Source: Candidatus Moraniibacteriota bacterium
GTDB lineage: Bacteria; Patescibacteriota; Minisyncoccia; Moranbacterales; UBA1568
DNA: 64,000 bases
Direction of reading: 5' to 3'
Assembly: GCA_030648835.1 (NCBI GenBank)
Contig: JAUSGT010000002.1
Coordinates: 309,458-373,457, forward strand
This document shows positions 39,140 through 49,708 of this stretch, piece by piece (position 1 is the first letter of the stretch; every line of letters begins with the position of its first letter). Under the pieces are notes generated by a model. The model was not told the origin of the DNA, ran no database searches, and saw nothing but the letters and a program-made list of their open reading frames with translations. The translations under genes were made by a program, and so were the position numbers.

Positions 39140-40069
39140 TTGTCTGTTATGCCAGCGGCTTTGTCGGTGAAACAACTGAGAAAGGTTTACCCCAATGGCG
39201 TGGTAGCGCTCAAGGGGATTGATTTGGTGGTGCCGGAAGGGGAATTTTTCGGTCTGCTCGGGCCCAACGGCGCCGGCAAGACAACCATCATTGGTATCGT
39301 CGTTGGTCTGGTCAACAAGACGAGCGGGACGGTGGAAGTGCTGGGACACGATGTGGACACGGAAACCAGTCAGGCCCGAGCGAGCGTCGGTATCGTCCCG
39401 CAGGAATTCAATTTCAGTATCTTTGAAAAAGTGATCAATATCGTGGTGGATCAAGCGGGGTATTATGGTATTCCTCGGAGTGTCGCGTTGCCTCGGGCAG
39501 AGAAATATTTGAAGCAATTGGGGTTGTGGGAAAAAAGGAATTCCGCAGCACGTATGCTTTCCGGCGGGATGAAGCGGCGCCTCATGATCGTGCGCGCTCT
39601 CATTCATGAGCCGAAACTGCTTATCTTGGATGAACCGACGGCCGGTGTGGATATCGAGCTCAGGCGGGAGATGTGGGTATTCTTGAAAGAACTCAACACG
39701 GCGGGGCGGACGATTATCCTCACGACGCATTATTTGGAAGAAGCGGAACAGCTTTGTCGGAGCGTGGCCATCATCCATCAGGGCGAAATAGTCGAGCAGG
39801 GTCTCGTCAAAGATCTCTTGAGTCAGATGCACATTGAGACATTCGTTTTTGATTTGGAAGCGCCGCTCACTTCTGAGGTGGAAAAATTGCTTGCGAACTT
39901 CGGCGTTCAAAAAGTAGATAGTCATACCATAGAGATGAGCCTCGGAAAAGATGAAACGCTTAATGATGCCATCGCGGCGCTCAATCGTCTGGATATCCGG
40001 GTCAGGAGTATGCGCAATAAGGCCAACCGTCTGGAAGAGCTCTTTCTCCATTTAACCAAAAAGATATGA
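39140..40069 (+). CDS. ABC transporter ATP-binding protein
   Basis: Walker A GPNGAGKTT, signature LSGGMKRR, Walker B LILDEPT. Confidence 0.85.
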   Translation: MSVMPAALSVKQLRKVYPNGVVALKGIDLVVPEGEFFGLLGPNGAGKTTIIGIVVGLVNKTSGTVEVLGHDVDTETSQARASVGIVPQEFNFSIFEKVINIVVDQAGYYGIPRSVALPRAEKYLKQLGLWEKRNSAARMLSGGMKRRLMIVRALIHEPKLLILDEPTAGVDIELRREMWVFLKELNTAGRTIILTTHYLEEAEQLCRSVAIIHQGEIVEQGLVKDLLSQMHIETFVFDLEAPLTSEVEKLLANFGVQKVDSHTIEMSLGKDETLNDAIAALNRLDIRVRSMRNKANRLEELFLHLTKKI

Positions 40070-40839
40070 CAACGAGAGAAATGTGGGTAGCTTATATGAC
40101 GATCGTGCGCAAAGAGAGCGTGCGGTTTTTGCGTATCTGGCCGCAAACGCTTCTGCCTTCGGTAGTGACGACGACTTTGTATTATGTGGTGTTCGGCACC
40201 TTTATCGGTTCGCAGATCAGAGGGTTCGGCGATTTCAGCTATATCCAATTCATCGTGCCGGGACTGGTGATGATGGCGGTCATTACCAATTCCTTTTCCA
40301 ACGTGGCCGGGTCATTCTTCGGTTCCAAGTTTCAGAAGTCGATAGAAGAATTGCTCGTTTCACCGATCACACCCTTTCTCGTGGTGGCAGGTTACGTGAC
40401 CGGTGGAATACTCCGGGGGCTCATCACGGGGGTTCTGGTCTTGAGCGTGTCGCTTTTCTTCACTCATTTGACGATCCATAGCCTCATTTTGACAGTGGTG
40501 TTTATTTTTCTCACGTCGCTTCTTTTCGCTCTGGCGGGACTCTTGAATGGCATCTATGCCAAAGATTTCGATGGCGTGTCTATCGTTCCGACATTCGTTC
40601 TGACTCCGCTCACCTACCTGGGCGGCGTGTTCTATTCCATCAGCGCCCTGCCGCCCATCTGGCAGAAAATTTCCTTGTGGAATCCCATCCTCTATATGGT
40701 CAACGGCTTCCGCTACGGCTTTTTGGGAGTATCGGATGTCGGCGTCGGTGAAAGTCTCTTTATATTAATGAGCTTAAGTGTGGCACTTCTTTTTGCCAAT
40801 ATCTATCTTTTCAAGACGGGGCGGGGATTGAGGACGTGA
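40066..40839 (+). CDS. ABC-2 type transporter permease
   Basis: 6 TM helices, overlaps ATPase gene stop (atga). Confidence 0.7.
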   Translation: MTTREMWVAYMTIVRKESVRFLRIWPQTLLPSVVTTTLYYVVFGTFIGSQIRGFGDFSYIQFIVPGLVMMAVITNSFSNVAGSFFGSKFQKSIEELLVSPITPFLVVAGYVTGGILRGLITGVLVLSVSLFFTHLTIHSLILTVVFIFLTSLLFALAGLLNGIYAKDFDGVSIVPTFVLTPLTYLGGVFYSISALPPIWQKISLWNPILYMVNGFRYGFLGVSDVGVGESLFILMSLSVALLFANIYLFKTGRGLRT

Positions 40840-40892
40840 GGGGGAAAAGAATAGTGAATTGTGAGTCAAGAATTAGGCGTTTCGCTACTCTT

Positions 40893-40992
40893 GTCATTCT
40901 GAGTGAAGCGAAGAATCCCATTGTTCTTAGATGATTTTTTGAAAGAGATCCCTGCCTACCGGCAGGCAGGCTTCGACTGTGCTCAGGATGAC
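40893..40992. repeat. Small inverted-repeat element copy 2 (TIRs gtcattctgagtgaagcgaagaatc / ...gctcaggatgac)
   Basis: Termini match copy at 11153-11234; inner palindrome cctgcctaccggcaggcagg. Confidence 0.55.
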
Positions 40993-41064
40993 ATTAAGAA
41001 ATGTCAAAAGTTTCCTAAAAATAATACGAGGCAGCTTGCGCGGTTGCACAAACTGCCTTGAGGT

Positions 41065-41310
41065 TCAGTGACTTGAAGCGTGGTGGGTGGAGAGGGTTTT
41101 TCTGGTCCGTTTCTGTGGTGCTGTTTTGAAGTACTCGTAGCAACCGCCGCAGATGGCAAGGAGCAGGAGCGCCTGACCGAGTATGACCAGGTCGTTTTTG
41201 AAAAACTCTGGAGCAATCTCGGCATATTGGATGGCGCCGAGGACAGCGCTAACGATGGCGCTGGCAATCATTATCGCGAGCGGAACTTCTTTACCTGACT
41301 GAATTTTCAT
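41065..41310 (-). CDS. Small membrane protein, hypothetical
   Basis: About 80 aa, two TM helices. Confidence 0.3.
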   Translation of the reverse strand: MKIQSGKEVPLAIMIASAIVSAVLGAIQYAEIAPEFFKNDLVILGQALLLLAICGGCYEYFKTAPQKRTRKTLSTHHASSH

Positions 41311-41618
41311 GGTTATCTCTCTGAGATGAAGGGTTGGAGGAGCAGGATTAGTGCTGGCCTGCGAGCTTTGCAAGGCTTTCCAGCAGGTCGGGAATGGCAG
41401 GGGGCTGATTGAGCGGTATGCTTCTGATATTGACTGTATACCGTCTCCGGCTCATTTTGTAAGGTCGAGTTTTGCGATCAGAAAAGCGAGCAGGACGATC
41501 CATAGGTATCACCGGTAATTGGGAGTTGTACCAAGATTGCATCACAGCCTCCTTGACTAGGTTGATCGGGTTGGGAACGAACAACAACCGTGTATGATAG
41601 CACAAAAACGGTGAAAAG

Positions 41619-41769
41619 TCAACCCCGCACCTATTTTGCCGTTCTCTCGGGTGCGACGCGCGGGCGAATAGCCCGGTCCTATTCGGACCAGCGTCGCTAT
41701 TTCAAAGAAGTATAAAGTGATTGAAAACATAAAACGTTATTAATGATGGCAAAATAGGTGCGGGGTCAA
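41619..41769. mobile_element. MITE copy 2: perfect 18/19-bp TIRs ccccgcacctattttgcc(g) / ggcaaaataggtgcgggg flanked by TCAA
   Basis: Same TIR and internal core as copy at 29617-29766; internal region in opposite orientation. Confidence 0.7.
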
Positions 41770-41966
41770 TAGTACAGGTAGCGGGGTTGCCATTTTTTCT
41801 GCTTTCTGCTACTGTAGAAGCGTTGTAAGTTTTTCTTTCTGGAGTAACGCTCGACAGACAGAGGTTGCCAAATCTCGGATGTTCGTAGTAGGGCCAGGCG
41901 GAGCTCTTTTAAATGAGCTCTAGGGAAAGGTCACCTTACACGGTAATCAAGTTAGTAGATTCGAAT

Positions 41967-42314
41967 ATGGCAACCAAATTGTATGTTGGTGGCGTGTCCT
42001 ACGGTACGACCGAGGATAGCTTGCGTGAGGCTTTTGCCCAGGCAGGCAATGTCGTTTCTGCCAAGATCATTATCGACAAAATGACAGGCCGCTCACGCGG
42101 TTTCGCATTCGTCGAAATGGGTTCGGAGGAAGATGCCCAAAAGGCTATCGCCCTCTGGAATGGCAAGGAACTGGACGGACGCACCCTCACTGTCAATGAA
42201 GCTCGTCCTTTGGAAGAGCGTGCTCCTCGCACTGGTGGTTCCGGCGGATTTCGTGGTGGCAATGGTGGCAACCGCGATTACGGTTCGGGCAACCAAGGCG
42301 GAAGCCGTTGGTAA
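41967..42314 (+). CDS. RRM-type RNA-binding protein with Gly-rich tail
   Basis: RNP2 LYVGGV, RNP1 RGFAFVEM, C-terminal GGSGGFRGGNGG. Confidence 0.8.
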   Translation: MATKLYVGGVSYGTTEDSLREAFAQAGNVVSAKIIIDKMTGRSRGFAFVEMGSEEDAQKAIALWNGKELDGRTLTVNEARPLEERAPRTGGSGGFRGGNGGNRDYGSGNQGGSRW

Positions 42315-42329
42315 GTGAAAAACAAAAAA

Positions 42330-42362
42330 ACACCCTCTCGCTTGTCGAAGGGTGTTTTTTGT
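42330..42362. terminator. Bidirectional rho-independent terminator between RRM gene and tag
   Basis: acaccct...agggtgt stem with A-run upstream and T-run downstream. Confidence 0.65.
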
Positions 42363-42874
42363 TACCTGCGTTTTTTGAAGAGGAAACAGTCGAGGCTATG
42401 ATCGTTTATTATACCAACGGCCTGTATGTAGGCATGGCAGATAGTGGGGCCGAAGAACCGGAATCCGCGTTTTCGCATATCGGCGGAAAGCAATTTGGCA
42501 TCCTGGTCTTTCCATGACCACACATATTCGGAAAATGATCCATATTCTTTTTGGAGAGTGATAAATATCTGGGCATTGCTGATGGCCGCTTCGATTTTGA
42601 GGCGGTTGCGGATAATGCCGGCATTTTGCATCAGTTTTTTGACATCGTGTTTGGTAAACTGTGCCACTTTCTTGACATTGAAGTTGGCAAAAGCTTTTTT
42701 GTAGGCCGCACGTTTTTTGAGCACGGTTTCCCATGACAGTCCGGCCTGGGCGCTTTCCAAAATGAGGAATTCAAAGAGGACACAATCATCGTGAATCGGC
42801 CTGCCCCATTCTTCATCGTGATATTTTTCGTAGAGTGCGTTGCCTTTCGGCACCCACTGACAACGTCTTTTCAT
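42362..42874 (-). CDS. tag: DNA-3-methyladenine glycosylase I
   Basis: CQWV...LYEKYHDEEWGRPIHDD N-terminus typical of Tag. Confidence 0.85.
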   Translation of the reverse strand: MKRRCQWVPKGNALYEKYHDEEWGRPIHDDCVLFEFLILESAQAGLSWETVLKKRAAYKKAFANFNVKKVAQFTKHDVKKLMQNAGIIRNRLKIEAAISNAQIFITLQKEYGSFSEYVWSWKDQDAKLLSADMRKRGFRFFGPTICHAYIQAVGIINDHSLDCFLFKKRR

Positions 42875-42984
42875 AAGTTTTTGAGCTTTCCATTTATTCT
42901 ATCATGCGTACTTGATTTCATGGTTAATAGTTGCTAGGCTTAGGCAGCGTATGAGAAAGACGTTGTTTTTTCTTATTCAAGCAA

Positions 42985-43075
42985 GGAGAGGTGGCTGAGC
43001 GGCTGAAAGCGGCAGGTTGCTAACCTGTTATAGGACCTTAAAATCCTATCGAGGGTTCGAATCCCTCCCTCTCCG
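42985..43075 (+). tRNA. tRNA-Ser (anticodon GCU), long variable arm; left boundary of island
   Basis: ggagagg/cctctcc acceptor, anticodon stem cagg/cctg with loop ttgctaa, long extra arm. Confidence 0.75.
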
Positions 43076-43123
43076 CATCAAGCATTTAGTATCGAGAGAG
43101 ACCCGAGAGCCTCGAGTTAATGT

Positions 43124-43834
43124 ATGAAAAATCAAGCACAGCACAGCCCCCTGGCTTTAACAACAAATGGCCTAATTGTGCCAGTTGGTTTTCCCGTAGC
43201 TTCATACGAATCAATCCACAGTATTGTAAGCACTGCTCAAGCGAGTCATTTATTGTATGAACACTACGCGGGAGCTTGGAATGCTTTAGCTTATCGTTTT
43301 AGGGCATCAATGGATCATGGTGATGCCTTCGTACTTCTGTTCAATAGTAATGGTCCTACACCTCCACCAGAAGAGCGGTACATGCAAGAGAAAGCCCTAT
43401 TTGATTTCTTTAGTGCAGGATTTTCGGTTTTTGAATCAACATTTTATGGTTTATATGTGATAGGCGCCTTTTTATCGCCCACTCTATTTTCTCTCTCATC
43501 CCAAAAAGAGCAACAGCAAATTACTCCAAACCGAACTAGAGATACATTTACCCGCGCATTTCCTTCCGATCCAATTTTGAATACCTTTTCAGCGCTGTTT
43601 ATGGATCCCGAATACCAAAAGTGGCGGGAAATTCGAAATGTACTTACGCATCGTACTGCGCCAGGTCGTCGAATATATGTAAGTATCGGAAGTGATGATG
43701 CACCACCTACAGAATGGAAGCTTAATAATAGCGTACTTGATGCTTCAATTGTGACAAATGGGAAAAGTGAACTTTCCCGTCTCTTAACTTGTTTATTAGA
43801 GGGCAGTGCAAAGTTTGTGGCAACACGATTATAA
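43124..43834 (+). CDS. Hypothetical protein (island cargo)
   Basis: 236-aa ORF, no motif recognised. Confidence 0.4.
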   Translation: MKNQAQHSPLALTTNGLIVPVGFPVASYESIHSIVSTAQASHLLYEHYAGAWNALAYRFRASMDHGDAFVLLFNSNGPTPPPEERYMQEKALFDFFSAGFSVFESTFYGLYVIGAFLSPTLFSLSSQKEQQQITPNRTRDTFTRAFPSDPILNTFSALFMDPEYQKWREIRNVLTHRTAPGRRIYVSIGSDDAPPTEWKLNNSVLDASIVTNGKSELSRLLTCLLEGSAKFVATRL

Positions 43835-43848
43835 AAATATTGATAAGT

Positions 43849-44823
43849 ATGGCAAAACGTAACCTAATAAAAATTCCTCAAGTAATACTTGAACGTATTC
43901 GCACCTTTGATCAAGATGATATTGTGGTTGCTTGCGCTAAACTTCTCCGCCCGGAAGATATTTCGCGGTATGCTCATTTAGGGTTGGCGTTAGTGGATGG
44001 AAAATTGATCATCCCGTCACCTGCCATACCGAATCCAGACGCCGGTCGATATTCTAAAGCAAATGTTGAGGGGTATGAAAAGATTCGAAAGGATTTACCA
44101 AAAGTGCCTAAGGAATTTTCGTTTGAAGCACCGGATTGGGGAGATTGGTCGAATGGATCTCATACAGTTGCATGGACACGCAACGTTTACCGGAGAGACT
44201 TTTATCCTCCTAAGGAAGTTGAACTTTCGATTACGTTAGTTGAGGAAAAAAGCACAGGTTTTGTTGTGAAGTTTGCAATTGATCAAGTGATGAATCGAAG
44301 AACTGAAAACTTTGAACAAGAATTATTTTACAACCTTAATCTTCTCCAAGAAAATGTTGGTGCGGCAGATGTTTTCCGATATACGGCATCTTTAGCTGAT
44401 TACGCAGCTACAATACGAGTAGACTGGGTAATTTTACCACCCGGTACCGTTGATGAGGTAATACGCGGAATGCTCAAAGGGAAGAGTAAAATTACTCCTG
44501 CGCAAGAGGCTACTATGAAGGAAAGGGTGACGTTGATGTCTCGGCTTGAACCGGAAGTATATATTGCTGGTAGTGACGGTTTTCTGCGATACTTTGGTGC
44601 GAAATTTGGTGACGATTTTGTAGCCTTTGAAAATATTCGCTATGGCAATGCAATTTATGTTATGTACGATTCATGGGAAGAGCTAAGTAAAAAGAGTCGA
44701 ATTGACCTTTTAAGTGGTCCGCGTGACAGTTTCGATCGCATCGAACATAGGGATGGATGGGAAGAACGATTTAGTGCGATGGTTCAGGGATACCGTGATA
44801 AGAAAAAAAATAAGAAGTCTTGA
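43849..44823 (+). CDS. Hypothetical protein (island cargo)
   Basis: 324 aa from MAKRNLIKIPQ; no motif recognised. Confidence 0.4.
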   Translation: MAKRNLIKIPQVILERIRTFDQDDIVVACAKLLRPEDISRYAHLGLALVDGKLIIPSPAIPNPDAGRYSKANVEGYEKIRKDLPKVPKEFSFEAPDWGDWSNGSHTVAWTRNVYRRDFYPPKEVELSITLVEEKSTGFVVKFAIDQVMNRRTENFEQELFYNLNLLQENVGAADVFRYTASLADYAATIRVDWVILPPGTVDEVIRGMLKGKSKITPAQEATMKERVTLMSRLEPEVYIAGSDGFLRYFGAKFGDDFVAFENIRYGNAIYVMYDSWEELSKKSRIDLLSGPRDSFDRIEHRDGWEERFSAMVQGYRDKKKNKKS

Positions 44824-44897
44824 ATCTGGTCCGAGAGCCTCGAAATGAGCAATAAAAAAAACAGCAGTTTTTACCGCTGTTTTTTTATTGTTTAATT

Positions 44898-46247
44898 TTA
44901 TGACAAAGCAGTTTCATATTTCCTGAGGATTAATTTTTTCTCTTTTGTCAGAATGAGTCGACTTTTGAGACTAGCGAGCAATTCCCGCTTTTCAATCATC
45001 TTTCCCTCTTTGAGAATATATTTAGCATACGTGCGTATATCAAAGGCCTCTTTCTTATCGACATCACTTTCTTTGCCATCCATTCTAAGAACCGTATGTT
45101 GGAACTTGTTGTAGCGATCGACCTCTTCTTCAAATTGTTTCTTCAGTCCGATTTCATTGATATCAATCTCATCGATAACATGGAGCATTTGTAAGATGAG
45201 TGCCTCTTCCCGCAAATAACCAAGCTTGCAAGTAAGATCTCTTGAGCGAGTGCATCCGTAGTAGATATACTTTGTTGTGCTGCCGTTTTTCAGTTTCTTG
45301 TATTTTTCATCAGCCGTAATGCCTGATCCGCAGAGTTCGCAGGTGAGGAGTTTGGTGAAGGCGAACTCTTTGCTGTCCCGTGTTATGCGATCGCGCTTCA
45401 GTTGCTCTTGGGTAAGTTCGAAAAGCTCTTTAGTAATAATGGGTTCGTGCTTGCCTTCATACCATTTACCACTCCCTCTTGGAAATTCAAAGGGGCCAGA
45501 GTAGAAAGATGTCTGGAGTATGCGATAAATGTTCCCGAGTGAAAGATTTTTGTTACCTTTAGACTTGAAGTTGATATCAAATTTGAGCCAGTGATAAACT
45601 TTCCGCCCGCTCCAGCGTTCGTAAGCCACTCTTTCAAACATTTTTCTGATGACTGGTCCGCGCTCAGGATCAACAATGACTTGGCCTCTACGATCAGGCG
45701 AGGTGACATTGAGATACCCGGTTGGCGCGCACGTTGGCCACATGCCCATCTCACAGCGCATACGGAGACCACGCTTCACATTCACGCCTCGATTATCATT
45801 TTCCAGTTTCGCTTGTGAGCCGAGAATCATCAGAAGAAACTTCTCATTGGGAGAATTTGTGAAAGATTGTCCGAAGGTACGAATTTCTTTGAGCTGTTTG
45901 GAATCCATCAGATCCACCAGTGATCCGAGGTCACCAGCATTTCTGCTCAATCGATCCGGCGCCCAGGTAAGGATGCCATTGAATCGATCTTTCCTGATGT
46001 CCTCAATGAGTTCGTTGTATACTGGCCGTTGTCCTGAGTTTTTGGCTGAATGGCTTTCCCTTCGAATCTCTATAATCTCTAGTCCATCTCGCTCAGCGAT
46101 CTGGAGCATTTCCTTTACTTGAGAATCTATGGAAAGCACCTGTCTTTCCTCTGATTCACTGCTCTTTCGAGCGTAGAGGCAGTACCTCGTTTTTAGTGGT
46201 ATTTCTGCCTCTACAGCTATTCGATTGGCCGGACTGTGTATATTCAT
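44898..46247 (-). CDS. Large serine recombinase
   Basis: YARKSS catalytic Ser region, recombinase domain, Cys4 zinc ribbon (CELCGS...YYGCTRSRD), C-terminal coiled coil. Confidence 0.85.
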   Translation of the reverse strand: MNIHSPANRIAVEAEIPLKTRYCLYARKSSESEERQVLSIDSQVKEMLQIAERDGLEIIEIRRESHSAKNSGQRPVYNELIEDIRKDRFNGILTWAPDRLSRNAGDLGSLVDLMDSKQLKEIRTFGQSFTNSPNEKFLLMILGSQAKLENDNRGVNVKRGLRMRCEMGMWPTCAPTGYLNVTSPDRRGQVIVDPERGPVIRKMFERVAYERWSGRKVYHWLKFDINFKSKGNKNLSLGNIYRILQTSFYSGPFEFPRGSGKWYEGKHEPIITKELFELTQEQLKRDRITRDSKEFAFTKLLTCELCGSGITADEKYKKLKNGSTTKYIYYGCTRSRDLTCKLGYLREEALILQMLHVIDEIDINEIGLKKQFEEEVDRYNKFQHTVLRMDGKESDVDKKEAFDIRTYAKYILKEGKMIEKRELLASLKSRLILTKEKKLILRKYETALS

Positions 46248-46363
46248 AGGTTTGTTCTTTACCCAATGAATGACGCAGACCGATGAACTAGTCCAGACCC
46301 CTCAAAAAGCCCTCAAACTGCCTATAATTTCACATTTTTGACAGAATGGAAGTGCACAAACAA

Positions 46364-47830
46364 TCATATAATCCATATCCTTGGTATGATCGGCGGATCT
46401 TCCATAGTGCTTAAAACGACGTTTGAAAACGCATCAGCAAGATCATCGTGAGCCTCAACACCGAAATGCACGATCTGATTAATTAACTCCTCGCATCCTT
46501 CTCGTGGAAAGAGTATTTTTCCGCTCTTGACTGCATAGGCTGTCAGTATGAGTCGCGTGCGCTTATCTTGATTTCCTGGTCTCGTTGTTTTGACCTTTCT
46601 GATACCCTCGCTTTGCAACTGTTGCGGTAGAGACCTCTGATACGCAACATCTTCAATAACAAATATAGGATGTTTGTCATTCTCTTTAAAGTAGGAACTA
46701 TCTATTGCTTTGCACATGTCCACTGTTTCTGGGAAATCCATCTTCCTATTTACTATTTGTGGCAAGATATATACCCTCAAATCTTTCCCGTCGCCATACA
46801 GCATTGCCGGTACCATGGCCGTATAATCCGCTGTGTCCTTTTTTGAGATCGCCAGGTCAACCCCGATACGCACTTCAACGTGTTTGTCATACCCTTGGCA
46901 ATCCTTTTCGCCATGCGGTAACTCATCATAAAATTGGATCCATTCTCGGTGAATAGCTTGTTCTTCATCGGCAACGATGTGAAGCATATATTCTCGCTCC
47001 CAAGCAAATTCGTTTCCCGCTTTTCTTTTTTCACTTTCAATATCTTCCATAGAAAGATATTTTCCAGGCCATAAAATCTCCTGACCTCTTATGATGGGGA
47101 ATTCTTTGAATACGCCATCGATTCTTTCTTTTTCTACATCTTCCTTGATTCGCATAAGAAGCGAATCTTCGTGAAGCAGATTCCCAACGATAACCAGTCT
47201 CGTATTGCGATCTCCTGTAGGAATAACTTCTGCGGTCAGCCACTGATATGTCTTATTTCTTCCTTCGCGAGTCTTGGTAGAAGCCATGTCTTCCACATCG
47301 TCACAGATAATAAGGTCTGGTCGATGTTGATTGTGCCGCAAACCACGGATACTTTGTTCGCGAGAAGCAGCTGTAATTCGGGCATTGAGTTGAGAAAATA
47401 CAAGAGACGATGAACCCCATTCATCGGACTCCTCACGAAATGGCCCAAGATCATTCTTGAGAGTCGCGTTATTCTCTAGCTCTTGCCGGAGGTTCATCAT
47501 ATGTTGCTTCGCCTGTGATTGAGTCTGGCAAAGGATGAGCGCAAATTTTTTCTGTTGTCTGCCAAGAATCGCCCAGATTGGGTAGGAGGTGGTAAGTATC
47601 GTAGATTTTCCGCTGCCTCGGAAAGCGACAACGAAGAAATTACCAGCATTTTCGTTTTCCGAAAGATCAAACATCTCTGCTTGGAACTGAGCGGTCGGGT
47701 ATTTAACGTAATGGGCGAAGTAAAAATGGAAAAAGTGCCAGTGGCTTTCTTTAATGATTGCCACTCTGACTTTTCGATCCCTGATCATCGCCTCCGCTAA
47801 CCCCGGGGTTATTGTCCTTCTGTTGTTCAT
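46364..47830 (-). CDS. Phage terminase large subunit
   Basis: Walker A AFRGSGKST, Walker B ICDDVED, C-terminal RNaseH-like nuclease (IGVDLAISKKDTADYT). Confidence 0.8.
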   Translation of the reverse strand: MNNRRTITPGLAEAMIRDRKVRVAIIKESHWHFFHFYFAHYVKYPTAQFQAEMFDLSENENAGNFFVVAFRGSGKSTILTTSYPIWAILGRQQKKFALILCQTQSQAKQHMMNLRQELENNATLKNDLGPFREESDEWGSSSLVFSQLNARITAASREQSIRGLRHNQHRPDLIICDDVEDMASTKTREGRNKTYQWLTAEVIPTGDRNTRLVIVGNLLHEDSLLMRIKEDVEKERIDGVFKEFPIIRGQEILWPGKYLSMEDIESEKRKAGNEFAWEREYMLHIVADEEQAIHREWIQFYDELPHGEKDCQGYDKHVEVRIGVDLAISKKDTADYTAMVPAMLYGDGKDLRVYILPQIVNRKMDFPETVDMCKAIDSSYFKENDKHPIFVIEDVAYQRSLPQQLQSEGIRKVKTTRPGNQDKRTRLILTAYAVKSGKILFPREGCEELINQIVHFGVEAHDDLADAFSNVVLSTMEDPPIIPRIWII

Positions 47831-48221
47831 AAGATTGTGTCGTTATTTGATTTACTGAAGATAATCGCAGTGCTTCGCGAACGATCTCTTCCTGCTCTGG
47901 AGTAAGCACATCCTGAGACTGAATGTTGGCCGTTACTTCTACGCGCTCACGGAATTTCTGATGTCGGTGCCGGAGCCAGAAGCTGATCGCTTGATAACTC
48001 TTATCTCTGATAAGCGAAATGAGCTGAGATTCAGACATGTCGTTGATAAGCGCCTCGCCTTCGCTCAAAGCTTCTTCGAGTGATTGGCGAAACTTCTCGT
48101 CCTCATCTCGCCAGCGGTAGACGGAAGAACGCGCGACACCGACCTTTTCGCACGCCACCTGGATAATGGGAATCTTGCGGAGTTGCTCGAGAAATAAAAT
48201 CTTGGCTCGATCCTTTTTCAT
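47751..48221 (-). CDS. Terminase small subunit-like HTH protein
   Basis: N-terminal HTH VGVARSSVYRWRDE; immediately upstream of and overlapping terL. Confidence 0.5.
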   Translation of the reverse strand: MKKDRAKILFLEQLRKIPIIQVACEKVGVARSSVYRWRDEDEKFRQSLEEALSEGEALINDMSESQLISLIRDKSYQAISFWLRHRHQKFRERVEVTANIQSQDVLTPEQEEIVREALRLSSVNQITTQSYEQQKDNNPGVSGGDDQGSKSQSGNH

Positions 48222-49549
48222 AAGATTTTTTTCGGCTTTAATCCGGTTAATTTCGACCAGCGATTCAGAATCACCTCAGCGTAGATGGGGCTTTTTTCCA
48301 TCAGAAAACACTTGCGCTGCATTTTCACCGCTGCAATCAAAGTCGAACCGCTTCCACCATAGGGCTCAAAGATGAGATCGCCTCGCTTGGTCAGTATCTT
48401 GATGTAGGGAATAAGTATTTCCAGAGGTTTCGTGCCGAAAATAATTCCCTGTCCGGAAGATTTTTCATCGGCAGCGATATGCTCAATAAAATCAGTTGGG
48501 CAATACTTCTTGCCTTTGCCATAAGATTCCCAGTGGGGACTGCCCGAGGTTGCGAAAAGCGCCGTTTCGTATTCGGTTTGAAGCAATGCATCCGATTCTG
48601 GTTCAACGTTCAGCTCAACCTTGCCCGAAGTGCCGACCATTGCGAAGTCATGCTTATTGAAGAATTTATATTTGGCGCTAAATCCTTGAACGCGATTGGG
48701 GATATGCCAAATAATTGTATTTCTGTATTTCCAATGTTTTTCTAACTCATTCCAGATAGTCCGAAGATTTTTTGGATTCTCATAGACGATGATCGAAAAG
48801 TCTGGCTCCTGAATCTTGGCGACATTGTTCATCCAGAGTTCGGTAAAGTTGTCCGGGAGTGTTTCAGTGCCTAGATACACTCGATCGCGTTTTAACCCGA
48901 AGCCTTTGGTTACATTGCCGTTTTTCTTTTTCTTACCCTTGAGGTAATCCAGAAGATACGGAGGGTCCGTGAAGCACATATGCGCCTTATGTCCGTCAAA
49001 AAGTGTTAGAACATTTGCTTCAATTGTGGAATCCCCAATCATTACTCTGCTACCGTTTAGGTCGTATACTTCGCCGCTCTTTACTTTGATTTTTGTTATG
49101 TCTAACTTCGCCAGTTCTTTCTCTAAATCAAATACTTCTGGCGTTTCATCAATTCCAAAAATTTCGTCCATTTCTTCGCTCGAGAACCCAACGCTCCCGA
49201 GGAACTGTTCGCTGAAGTTGGAAAGAATATCCCAATCGAACTCGCCGGTGTTTTTATTCAGGCGAATATTCAGTTCCTTTTCTTTTTCCAAATCAGGAAT
49301 AGAAATGTATACCACTGGTACCTCTTTGATGCCGAGCTTCTTGGCCATAGCCAGGCGGAAGTGGCCACCGATGAGAATGTTCATTCGTTCCGATGCCGAA
49401 TTTACTACGAACGGGTCGACCAACCCGAATCGTTTGATACTTTCCTGAAGCTGGGTTTCTGCCTCCTTGCTCCATTTGCGCGGATTATATTCTGACGCCT
49501 TGAGGAGCGTGACGTCGACGTACTGCACCTGCAATTTTTCTTTTGGCAT
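48218..49549 (-). CDS. ParB-like nuclease domain fused to N4/N6 DNA methyltransferase (phage-type orphan MTase)
   Basis: N-terminal ParB/Srx motif (YNPRKWS...GGHFRL), MTase motif IV TDPPY and motif I FEPYGGSGST. Confidence 0.8.
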   Translation of the reverse strand: MPKEKLQVQYVDVTLLKASEYNPRKWSKEAETQLQESIKRFGLVDPFVVNSASERMNILIGGHFRLAMAKKLGIKEVPVVYISIPDLEKEKELNIRLNKNTGEFDWDILSNFSEQFLGSVGFSSEEMDEIFGIDETPEVFDLEKELAKLDITKIKVKSGEVYDLNGSRVMIGDSTIEANVLTLFDGHKAHMCFTDPPYLLDYLKGKKKKNGNVTKGFGLKRDRVYLGTETLPDNFTELWMNNVAKIQEPDFSIIVYENPKNLRTIWNELEKHWKYRNTIIWHIPNRVQGFSAKYKFFNKHDFAMVGTSGKVELNVEPESDALLQTEYETALFATSGSPHWESYGKGKKYCPTDFIEHIAADEKSSGQGIIFGTKPLEILIPYIKILTKRGDLIFEPYGGSGSTLIAAVKMQRKCFLMEKSPIYAEVILNRWSKLTGLKPKKIL

Positions 49550-49708
49550 AATGTTTGCCTTAATGTTTATCAGGCACTCCTGCCTGTCAGGCTATATGCT
49601 GAAATTTCAGCCACTAAGAAACCTTTGCTTTATATGAAGCAATAAAATATTTTGCATAAAGAAAAAAGCCCGCTGTAATTTCAGTGGGCTACTAATAATC
49701 AGATTGGG